The notes below the pieces were generated by a model. The model did no database searches, was not told the origin of the DNA, and saw nothing but the letters and a program-made list of their open reading frames with translations. A DNA stretch of 61,940 nucleotides, the filler included, from Stramenopiles sp. TOSAG23-3 (taxonomy: Eukaryota), in the NCBI GenBank assembly GCA_900128585.1. It is 18 parts of 18 records of this genome, joined end to end, with 100 filler letters (N's around TTAATTAATTAA, not from the genome) between each part and the next. Parts side by side here need not be neighbours in the genome. Positions count along the whole stretch, not along the records: positions 1 to 3,367 come from LT644269.1; positions 3,468 to 6,834 come from LT644270.1; positions 6,935 to 10,300 come from LT644271.1; 15 more parts are not named here. One strand, 5' to 3'. A program made the translations under genes and the position numbers. Every line of letters starts with the position of its first letter. The stretch's first letter is position 1. Shown here piece after piece: positions 1 to 10,400 of this stretch.

Positions 1-894
1 ATTGTGCAGCAACTCTTTGAACCACCTCCAACGGCCACCCAGAAGCCAGGGTTCTGCAGCATTCAAGAAATTCTGGATGCCCACAACGCTTTCCGTGCGT
101 CCCACGGGGCCCCACCGCTTAAATGGAGCGACAAGTGTGCAGACGAAGCATTAGTTGCTGCCCAATCGTGCAAAGCGAAAAACACAATGTACCACAACAA
201 CTGCCGCGAACATGGCCATGGGCAGAACATTTTCGCGTACGGCGATACTTCAGGGACGAGAAAGCCTGACTCGGCTGGTGTAACGGAATGGTACAACGAG
301 TCCATCAAGCCAGGCTACCCCTTTGGCAATCTCAAGACGGCCCCGGATGGCACTGGTCACTTTACGCAAGTGGTTTGGCGAGGCACAGAGTACGTGGGCA
401 TGGCGTTGGCAGGCACCCCGGAGACCAACATGTTCATCGTGGCAAATTATTCCCCTGCTGGAAACGTTCAGGACAATTATGGCGCAAACGTTTTGGCAAA
501 AGGTGCTAGTCCCCCACCAAATAAAAAAACAAAAGCCAGTCGGCCTGTTGCGGAGATCGTGAAAGAAGTGTCCAAGGCCGTTGCAGACGCTGGAAGCCAC
601 GCCGGAGGGAATTCTGCAGGGGCAGGATCAAGTGGGGTGGCCCCAACATCGACGGGCAACGGCAGCGTTACCGTTGAAGGCGGCCCAGGGGCGAAAGACA
701 ACGCAGACTTGAAAGCGCTTATTTCGAAATTACCCCCGTTCGTCTCCCAGCAAGCACCGCAGGTTATCTCGAACATAACTGATAATTTAGCGAAAAAAGG
801 GACGACGGTCATAGTTGAGCTCGGGCCTACTTCGTTGAAAACGACTGTCAAAACGGAGAAAGGGACTAAAACGAGCGAGTTGAAATGGGGGTAG
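1..894 (+). CDS. CAP/SCP (PR-1/GAPR-1-like) domain protein, 5'-partial, with low-complexity linker and short C-terminal extension
   Basis: CAP motifs HNAFRASHGAPPLKWS, GQNIF, EWYNE, GHFTQVVW, FIVANYSPAGN; frame is open to the window start. Confidence 0.9.
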   Translation: MVQQLFEPPPTATQKPGFCSIQEILDAHNAFRASHGAPPLKWSDKCADEALVAAQSCKAKNTMYHNNCREHGHGQNIFAYGDTSGTRKPDSAGVTEWYNESIKPGYPFGNLKTAPDGTGHFTQVVWRGTEYVGMALAGTPETNMFIVANYSPAGNVQDNYGANVLAKGASPPPNKKTKASRPVAEIVKEVSKAVADAGSHAGGNSAGAGSSGVAPTSTGNGSVTVEGGPGAKDNADLKALISKLPPFVSQQAPQVISNITDNLAKKGTTVIVELGPTSLKTTVKTEKGTKTSELKWG

Positions 895-1357
895 AGAGAA
901 GCGTGGGGAGTTTGTATATGTAGGCTATATAGTCTATGAAAAAAGAAGTGAGTTATTTTGTTTTAGTTAAAAAAAAGTTTACAAAATTTGATAATGCTGT
1001 GTCATTATAATATTAAATATTATTTTTTTTCAATCTCTTTTCCCTCCACCGTCCGTCCGTCGTCTGCGAAAAAAAAGAAGAAGAGAAGAAGAAGAAGAGC
1101 AATCATCAACACATTTCATCATATTTTCACAGACGACCACATCATATTATAATTAATATAATATATAAATAAATAATACCGGTAAAATATTATATATTTC
1201 GAAAAGCAATTCACTTACACATAAATATATTCATAATGATGAATATAATTTCCTTCAAACATAATACCAATTCAAATGTAGTATTCAGAGCACACAACAT
1301 AACATTGATCCTTTTCTCTAGTGTAAAGGATTTTAGATTGGATCGGTTTGAAAAAAA

Positions 1358-2734
1358 ATGCTGCGGTCTTTCTTCTGTGCCCTTCTTCTGACCGGAATCC
1401 AGGTGCTCGGTGTTCATGCAGAGAGGGAGGCTTCCCCTCCTATCGTCCGTGGCCTGTACGTAGGATATATGCACCACTACAATGTAGGGGACGATGCAAT
1501 GTTTGAAGTTGCCCAGGAGCTGTTCGGGTCGATTGGTCGTAAGCTGAACCAAACCGTGCTTTTAGTCCCCTTTCTTCCACCGGTGGCATGCAACTTGTTT
1601 AAAATAGATTTTTCTCGGTACGCCTTTATAATTCACGGTGGGGGTAGCATCATGGGGAACATTGAATACAACTGTTACATGAAAACTGCAAAAGAGCAAA
1701 AGATACCTTACTTTTTATTTGGAACCGGGTTTGAGGCAAATTTGGCAGGGTCTATGGCGATCCTGGACCTCTTTAAATCAATGGGAAGGGCGACCGCGAA
1801 AGAGGACCTTCAGCTGTCCTTTGCAGAAGAAGATACGGGCATAATGCTTTATTTGAACAGAGTCCGCGACACAGTCACAATACCGACGGCGGGTGGCTTC
1901 AGGGGATATTTTACTAAAATGTTCGTAAGTATGTTAAATGTAGAGCACACTCTAGAGGTTATCGGCGACTCAGGCCTTCTTGTACCACGACTGTTGAAGA
2001 TTGCCGCAGGCTCTACAGCAAAAGATTACTTTGAGGATGAGCTTATGCCTGCGGCGCTTCGTGACAAGCCTTCTGGAACGGAACGATTTTTGGTGGCGGT
2101 CAATTACGGTCAGAATCAACCTAGTGATGCAATTTTTCACACCGACACGGAAGTGCTGGACCACGCATTTGCAGAAATGGCGTCATCGTTGGCCAGTGTG
2201 CACTTTGACGTTGTTATTTACAGTATGAGCGGCGACGACATCAACGCTACTTTCCGGGTGTACAATATGGCGCTTCAATACGCGGCGAGGGACTGGGCAA
2301 GTATGGGCGTTGAGCATTCGCCCGAAGATCATATATTTTTTATGCCGTACGTTACTGACTCCGTCGGTATCCTTAGCCTGCTGAAACGTGCAAAGTTGAG
2401 CATTAATTACAAACTCCATGCAAATGTATTTAGCGCATCGCTGGGGATCCCCTTCATCAACGTGGCGTACCACTTCAAAGGGGAAGATTTCTCACACTTT
2501 CTGGGCGACAATATTCTTCGCGACTACACGATTCGCAGCAGTGATATCCGTGGAACGAAAGATTTGGTCGACAAAGTGAACCTGCTAATTAAAGACTGCA
2601 CAACGGACGAAGGGTACTCCTCGTTGAGCCATCAATTGAAGTCAAAAGCGTTAGAGGTGGAAGAAACCTACATGGGGCTGGTAGAATCGTTCCTTTCGGG
2701 TATGTTCGTAGAGAAGGCACCGGAGGGGTCGTAA
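1358..2734 (+). CDS. Polysaccharide pyruvyl transferase family protein (CsaB/WcaK-like) with signal peptide or anchor
   Basis: N-terminal hydrophobic segment; NVGDDAM, GGGS, and KLHANVFSASLGIPFINVAYHFK resembling the RLH..I.A...G.P.I.I.Y..K motif. Confidence 0.75.
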   Translation: MLRSFFCALLLTGIQVLGVHAEREASPPIVRGLYVGYMHHYNVGDDAMFEVAQELFGSIGRKLNQTVLLVPFLPPVACNLFKIDFSRYAFIIHGGGSIMGNIEYNCYMKTAKEQKIPYFLFGTGFEANLAGSMAILDLFKSMGRATAKEDLQLSFAEEDTGIMLYLNRVRDTVTIPTAGGFRGYFTKMFVSMLNVEHTLEVIGDSGLLVPRLLKIAAGSTAKDYFEDELMPAALRDKPSGTERFLVAVNYGQNQPSDAIFHTDTEVLDHAFAEMASSLASVHFDVVIYSMSGDDINATFRVYNMALQYAARDWASMGVEHSPEDHIFFMPYVTDSVGILSLLKRAKLSINYKLHANVFSASLGIPFINVAYHFKGEDFSHFLGDNILRDYTIRSSDIRGTKDLVDKVNLLIKDCTTDEGYSSLSHQLKSKALEVEETYMGLVESFLSGMFVEKAPEGS

Positions 2735-2874
2735 ATGTATAGATAATCACCTCTTTCTGGTTCTCTGTAAGATATATATATCGGACGACCGCGTCGGCAT
2801 TTTGAAACAACGCGCCAGTCTTTTGCATGCTAATATTTCCATAAAATGGAATGACGGCCACATCGACAGGGAGA

Positions 2875-3174
2875 TTATTCTCCAAGGTGCGCATCAGGTG
2901 GGTCGATATTTCCGCATCCCCCGCTCGCATGGCACCTACATCCGTCGATGTAAGAACGTTCCCTTTCGCCGCCTTTTTCATTTTTGCGAACAGTCACCGC
3001 CACATGACGCGGTGGATGCATACAAGTTCCCGGAGTGTCCGTCCCCGAAACAGAACGCAGCAATGCCGACCGGACAAGATATACAGTGAACAGAAGTGCA
3101 GCAAGTATTCCACTTACAATGTTGCCCCTCCTACGCGATTGTATTGTTGCCGTGTCGGATACCTCCAAACCCAT
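2875..3174 (-). CDS. Possible small single-pass membrane protein
   Basis: ATG-started 99 aa ORF with RRR, a hydrophobic helix and a Cys-containing tail, in DNA of coding-like composition; no recognised homology. Confidence 0.35.
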   Translation of the reverse strand: MGLEVSDTATIQSRRRGNIVSGILAALLFTVYLVRSALLRSVSGTDTPGTCMHPPRHVAVTVRKNEKGGERERSYIDGCRCHASGGCGNIDPPDAHLGE

Positions 3175-3367
3175 GCTGGAAGACGCTGTTTACAGTATGA
3201 TCAGAGCATACAGTATAATGTTTAAGAGGAGGATTCCTTATTTTTACGATATTCGTTGTTTCTTCTTTTATTAAATCATCTTCTTGAGAAAAAATCACTT
3301 CTTCATTTCTAAAAAACAAAAAATAAAAGTGGAAGAATAATAGGATTTACACAGCATTAAAATAAAA

Positions 3368-3467
3368 NNNNNNNNNNNNNNNNNNNNNNNNNNNNNNNNN
3401 NNNNNNNNNNNTTAATTAATTAANNNNNNNNNNNNNNNNNNNNNNNNNNNNNNNNNNNNNNNNNNNN
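3368..3467. other. Artificial contig spacer (N44-TTAATTAATTAA-N44), first of 17
   Basis: Identical 100-bp linkers with six-frame stops start at 3368, 6835, 10301, 13764, 17227, 20689, 24145, 27592, 31039, 34485, 37929, 41366, 44801, 48235, 51663, 55090 and 58517; contig lengths never increase along the window. Confidence 0.99.
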
Positions 3468-3852
3468 GTATTATGTACCGAAGAGAATGTAATAAAATAA
3501 GAGTGGGTACAAGTAATATTTCTGGCGGGGACTCAGGCTACAGATTTCAAATTTGAAAGAACGTTCTTCGACCGCTGTCTCAAGGGTGGATCAGCGCCGT
3601 TCGGATTCTGCGGGTGTTCTCTCAAACAAAAAATTATTGTGATGTTTGAAAAATTACGCTCTTACAGTTTCAAAATCGATGTTCAGTTTGCTTTACCTCA
3701 TCCTTCATAAGGTTACTGCTTGAATTGAAACCTGCAGTTTTGTGCACTCTTCAAATTTACGACTGAATACTACTTTTGTGCTTCCTCCCAGGTACAGGAA
3801 CCCGGTTATAATTGTCCTTGTAATTACTACTCCCATCGTTGTTATTTTTGTC

Positions 3853-6834
3853 ATGCTTCGAACACTTCTCCGTCGGTCACAGCGAGAACGACATCGTGTT
3901 ATTTTGCGACAACGTAGATCGAACATTATTGATACCCGACAAGAACATTTGGATAAATTATCGGAAAGAGCTAGAGTAGAGAGTTTGGCAGCTGCAAGAA
4001 TACAAGGCGTGAAACGTTGCTGGGATGCTAAAGTAAAAGTTGCGTGGATTCGCAAAACAGAGGCAGCGGCACTGCTATTGCAGAAAACATGGCGAGGTGT
4101 TCTCGGTAGACGAGTCGCACATGAGGAAAAACTGAAATTAGTGAGAGTGGTTCCAACCAAGTTCCAAATGCAACAACTTAAGAAACGATGCATTGTCATG
4201 GGCAGGTTTGGAGATTGGCAAGAATTGCGAGACCCTCATACAAACCACATATTTTTTTACCATACTCCTACCGGTGACTCACAGTGGGACCCCCCTACTG
4301 GAGATGAATTGGGTGATGTTAATGATTACCACTGTACTTTCGAAGATTGCCTTCAAGTTTTCCCCAATCTTTTGGCTCTTGAACACCATCGTGGTACATG
4401 TCATAGATGGCGATGCCCAGCGTGTTTTCAGGAAAATATCATAAATGTTTTTCCACGATGCGAACGTTGTGGAAATGAAAAGGGGGGCAGCGGACGCCGT
4501 CTAACGACAGAGTACGAAGAAAAATGGGAAACTAAATTAATTGTCAAGGAGCGCAAACTAAGCAGCCTGGCAAAAAATGTACTCATGGTAACACGAAATT
4601 CTCTAACAGACTTACGCCCGCAGTCAGCAGTTGATAGACATTTTTTCAAAGTTCGTGAAAGTGTTTTACTCGAAATAAAACAATATACGCCACGATCGCG
4701 CAAAAAGTTTTGTTATGCAGACGATGAAAAAGAATGGCCTGACCGCCTCGCCCAAAGAGGTCCTATGTCTCAACATGCATATGAACGAAAAATTCGTAAG
4801 AAAAGAGAAAACAATCGTCGAAAACAAAATGCCAGTGATGAAGTTCTGCGAAGGTTGTCTCTTTTGGGACCCCTTCAGGCCGGTCATTCAGTTGACATTC
4901 GGTTAAGTCAGTCAAATTTAGACAAAGAAATCCGATCATGGACTAAAGGGCGGCCAATTACACCATTATTGTCATGCAAATTGACGGAAGTATCACTGCA
5001 CGAATGGTTTGAGTCGCACATTTCAAACGAAGACGCACAGCAACAAATAACCGCAACAGAGAACACGCTAGACAATGGAAATGGCTTTTCACATTTCTTT
5101 AATGGCGAGGAGAAACCGTTGGGGGACAAAACTACCCGTGAAGTGTCGGTTCTAAGAGATCGCCACGGAGAGACAAAATTGGAGGGTTTGGAATCTGGTG
5201 ATAGTAGAATTACATTCGAGGATGCTGACAAACTGAAACCTGCAGAAGATACACCGTCTCTAAAGCACAAATTTCAAAATAAAAAAAGTAAATATCAAAT
5301 CAATATTAACGTTTCAAAAAAATCTGGAGAGATGCTTCGTCCAAAATCCGTGCCTATAGGTTTAAATGCAATACGACAGCATGGCATAGAATCATACAAA
5401 CCACTGATAAGGAAAGGTCACGGTACTCGTGCCTTCGCTAGTGGTGCAAAATATACTGGAGATCTACTTGGAGGTAACATGTGTGGTTTTGGAACAATGG
5501 TGTACCAGAATGGAGACACTTATGTTGGGGAGTGGAAAAATGGTTGTAGAGAGGGTGATGGGTTGTTCCGAAGCACGGATGGTAAAATTTACGAAGGTGA
5601 ATGGAAATTAGGGTCACGGGATGGTTATGGAACACTAACACACCCAAATGGAGAAATTTATATGGGGCAGTGGAAAGATGGAAGAATGTCGGGTAATGGT
5701 ACTTTATCTTCCGCAAACGGCGATACTTATGAAGGAAGGTGGCGAAACGGCAAATATCATGGCACAGGAAAATTCACGAAGGCAAATGGCCAGATGTTTA
5801 TAGGTACTTGCATAGCTGGGAAAGCAAATGGCAAAGGTATTATCCGGTATGCTAATGGTGAAATTTATAAGGGCACGTGGAAAGATGATCAAAGAAATGG
5901 GAGAGGTATAGGTACATTTTCAAATGGCGCAAAGTATACTGGTTCATGGGAACGAGGAAAGTTCAATGGACAGGGAAAGCTGATAGTGCCCGGTGGTGAA
6001 GTTTATGTTGGTGATTGGTTTATGGGGAAGAGAGATGGTTATGGGAAAGCCGTATTCGCAAATAAAGACACCTATGTGGGGTTGTGGCATCGAGATAGAG
6101 TGTGTGGGAATGGTATAATGTATTACTGCGAATCAGGAAATTTGTACGACGGAAAATTCGACAATGGTATGAGAAATGGTCTTGGTACCTTAAAGCTTAA
6201 AGATGGTGGTTCATTTCGTGGTTTTTTTAAGAATGGTAGCATTCATGGGCGCGGGATATTCCGGTATGGCAACGGAGATATTTATAAAGGGCAATTTAAA
6301 AATGGCCGTAAAGAAGGAAAAGGGATCTTTAAGTGGTCAAATGGAAACGAGTTCAAAGGTCAGTTCCGTTTTGACAAAATTGACGGCTTGGGAAATATGA
6401 AATATGCAGTGGGCCATTCATATTCTGGAGAATGGAGAAATGGAAAAAAGCATGGCTTTGGAAAATTTCTTTTCAATGATGGCAACCTTTATGAAGGTTT
6501 CTGGAAGTCTGATCGAAGACATGGACGAGGAAAGTTTATTTGGAATCGTATGCAAAAAGGCTCTGCAGAATACTATGATGGTGAATGGGTGAATGATCGC
6601 CGTGAAGGCGCAGGTAAATATCAGTATAAGAACGGTTCTACATTTGAGGGAATGTGGGTAAATGGTATGCGAGAGGGAAAAGGAGTATTTCAATTTATGG
6701 ATGGCAGCTTTTTTGATGGCGAATTCAAAGAAAACGTCAGGGACGGTTGTGGGGTATTCCAATCAATAGACGGGATGCGGTATAATGGCGATTGGAAAAG
6801 GGGCACTATGCATGGATCTGGGGTATTGTTTAAA
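3853..6834 (+). CDS. MORN-repeat protein with N-terminal IQ, WW, C2H2 and RanBP2-type zinc-finger motifs, 3'-partial
   Basis: IQ-like LQKTWRGVLGRR; WW WQELRDPHTNHIFFYHTPTGDSQWDPP; CTFEDC...HHRGTCH; WRCPAC...CERC; about 20 YxGxWxxGxxxGxG repeats from about 5430; first ATG at 3853. Confidence 0.9.
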
Positions 6835-6934
6835 NNNNNNNNNNNNNNNNNNNNNNNNNNNNNNNNNNNNNNNNNNNNTTAATTAATTAANNNNNNNNNN
6901 NNNNNNNNNNNNNNNNNNNNNNNNNNNNNNNNNN

Positions 6935-9435
6935 TAAAGCAACAGGGCTACGAATCAAGCAATATGGTGGTGCTGACGCCGTATCTTGGACAACTATTAA
7001 AAATCAAGACAGCACTTTCGGCAAAATTCCAGAAAGTTTACGTCGGTGATCTAGATCAAGGTGAGGCAAAAAAACTTCTAAACGATGTTGAAGGTTTTGA
7101 ACTTGGTGGAGCTGCGGCACAAGACAACGCCGTGCGCGTTGCTACAATCGACAACTATCAAGGCGAAGAGTCAGATATTGTGATCATCTCACTGGTCAGG
7201 AGCAACCGTGAGCACAATATTGGCTTTGTTCAAGAGCCAGAGCGAGTAAATGTGATGTTGTCTCGTGCCAGATATTGCGAAATCATCATTGGTAATAGTG
7301 AATGTTTGACGCGGGCACGTTCCTCGCGTCGTTCCGACAGTGAGCTCAGCGGTGGTCCTCTGTGGAATAAGATTATGAATCATCTTATTGAACGAAAGTG
7401 CGTGTTTAAGGGACTACCTGTAAAGTGCCAAACACATCCAAATAAAACCAATTTGCTTGCCTCTCCGACTGAATTTGACAAGTTTTGCCCGTTGGGTGGA
7501 TGCGACAGATTATGTGGTAAACCACTGCCATGTGGTCATGTCTGCAAGCAGCAGTGTCACCCAGTCAGCGTTTGTACTGGCAACTGTACCGAAGAAGTTG
7601 ATGCACAGTGTGTAAAAAAGAATCACACACTCAAAAAACGATGTTGCGATAAAACTCCACCTAAATGCAAAGCGATTGTCAGTGTAAAGTGCCCCAATGG
7701 CCACCCCTTAAGAAAGGAGTGTTGGAAACCGAAGACTCCAAAATGCTCCAAGCGCGTCATGTGGTGTTGTGAAAAAGAGCACAATTCAATGCAAGAGTGT
7801 TATAAATTACGCGCCACGAATGTGAAACAAGCACCAAAATGTAAAACATGCAAAGAATTGGCTAATATGCAGGCTGAGTATGACCGAGTGGAGCAACGTC
7901 GTAAGCAGGAACAGGAAGAGATTGATCATGCACAGAATCTTGCACTCGCGGAAGCCAAGAAAAAACTCGAGCAAATGCAGCGCGAAAACAAAGCCGCAGA
8001 AGTCTGCTTAAAAAATAGAATCGAATTGGAAAAGAGGAAGACAGAAGTGTACAAGCTGAAGCAAGAGAAGAAAAAAAAAACACTATTAGGTAAGATTGAA
8101 TTACAACGGTCAAAAAAAGAGCAAGAATTGCGCGAAAGATTTTCAGGTGAGGAAATGGAAAAGAGTCTTTTGGAAGCGGAACAGGCTGCTGATGCGGACA
8201 TTGCAAAAATGAAGGCACTGCTTGCGAGGGGTTTGAAAAACCACAAAGAAGCAATCCAAAGAAAATTGAAGGAGATTAACACTGAGAAACGTGCGAAGCA
8301 GGAAGAATTTGCCGCTCTAAAATCCAGTGTCGAACAAGAACAACAAGAAAAGCTCCATGCTATGACTATGCAACAGGAAAAAGCAAATTCCGTAGCCGAA
8401 CAGAAAAAAATTGATCTCCAAGAGAAGCACAAGGCATATATTGCTAATCTGCGAAAAGAAGAGCAACAAGCCAAGAGAGCCAACGCAGCTGCTGAAGATG
8501 AGGCGAGTGCAGAGAGGTACCGTTCATATCAGCGTTTCATCGAAGGAGATCCTCAGGAGATGGCTAAGGCTGATCGACTTTTGGACGAACATCGTGCAAT
8601 ACGCAATGAGTTAGCAGAAATAAAAGAGAAAGAGGAGGAGTTGAAACGCGTAAAAGAACAAAATCAGCGTGAGTGCGTCGTTTGCCTGGAATACTGTGAT
8701 CTCAATAATGGTGTAGAGTGTCACTCTGAAGAGCGTCATTTTTTGTGTAGGTATTGTCTTTCAATGCATGTCGATACTTCTGTGGAGAACGAAAAGCTAC
8801 CAACATTTGAAAAAAACAATTGTAGAATTCTATGTGCAGATCGGTGTGATCAAGTTTATTCAGATCAGTCTATTGCGCAGTGTGTACCCAACGATTGTTT
8901 TTCACGTCTTCTGGAAGCAAAAACAAAGATTAAAGAGAAACTACTTGCGGAGGAGCTTGAAAAAGGTTTTGAGCAGCGCATTGAAGCGCGAGTGGCAGCT
9001 ATTGCTGCCATGTCGGACGCGGAGAAACGTTTGAGTGAGCATCGAAATCATATCATTGAGAGAATTTTGACACTGGCTTGCCCGCGTTGTTCCCGTGCAT
9101 TTGTTGGCTTTGAGGGATGTTGTGCATTGAAATGTTCGGAATGGCGGCGAAACGATCCAAATAGCTGCTGTCAGTTTTGTGCGTACTGTTTGAAAGATTG
9201 TGGTGATGATGCACACCCACATGTGTCAGCTAAACGTTGTCCTGGCAATAAAGGCTTGTTTCCAACGCCTGCCGCAGAAGTCTTTCAAGAGACGCATCGT
9301 TTGAGACGACAAAGATTGTTGAAAGAGTATCTGAGAGGCATGAAGAACGATGATGAAAGAGCTGAGTTAATTACTAGTTTGGCAAGAGAGTTAATTGATC
9401 TTCAGCTGGAACCTGAATTCTTTCTGTATGCGTGA
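6935..9435 (+). CDS. ZNFX1/UPF1-like SF1 helicase C-terminus + NF-X1-type zinc fingers + coiled coil + RING + RBR RING2-like domain, 5'-partial
   Basis: QQGY..NMVVLTPYLGQL, TIDNYQGEESDIVIISLVRSN, RVNVMLSRAR; CGKPLPCGHVCKQQCH; RING CVVC..C..H..CRYC from 8674; CPRCSRAFVGFEGCCALKC..FCAYC from 9079. Confidence 0.85.
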
Positions 9436-10400
9436 ACACCGGGGTGGAGTCAATGTCTACCACTACCGCCGACACCATAACGGAGGCAACCAGGTATGAC
9501 AGCATTGTCAATATTGCCAATTGTGCAGGAGAAGAAAACACGTGATAAACAGTAAACAATGATGAAATGTCAACCAATTATTTCATTGGTCATTGTTCAT
9601 TTATCTCTGAATTCTTCTTTGTTATAAAATTAGTACAAATTAAAAATAACAATTTTAATAATAAAGAACGGTGAATAACAGAAGAACAAGGCAAAAGACA
9701 CCCCCCCCCCCATCAGTGGGTTTATTATTAAAAAATACCAAGTAGTATATATATTATGATACGAGTATGAGACTTTTATTAGCTAATATAATGCAGAAAA
9801 GAATTGGAGAGAGGTGGAGGAGGATAACCACTCATAATAAAGCTATATGATAAACAGTATTTCTTGTTTTTAATTGTTGTTGATGAAGAATAAAAAGTTT
9901 GTTTCAGCGCAGCAGCGGCGGCGAAGAAGTAAAAAGAAAAAAATCTTGAAAAATAAATATCTTATTTTAAAATATTAAATAACACGTGCACAACAACAAG
10001 AACAAATAAAATAATAATAGAAACAACAAAAGAAGATAATAATTTTTTTTTATAGAGACTATATTTTTAGGAAGAGAAGGGAAGAAGAAGAAAAGAAGGG
10101 GGAAGAAAGATAATATGATTCGAATAGAAGAGATAGAAGATAGAAGGAAGATGTCGACTACTACGACGATGGAAAAAAAAAGAAAAAAACACACCATTAC
10201 GAGACGAGCGATACGTTTTATTAGATTTTCAACTTTCAACTTTCCAACAAACAAAAGTGATTTTATAATCATGATTGCTAAAATGTTTCATAAACTTACA
10301 NNNNNNNNNNNNNNNNNNNNNNNNNNNNNNNNNNNNNNNNNNNNTTAATTAATTAANNNNNNNNNNNNNNNNNNNNNNNNNNNNNNNNNNNNNNNNNNNN

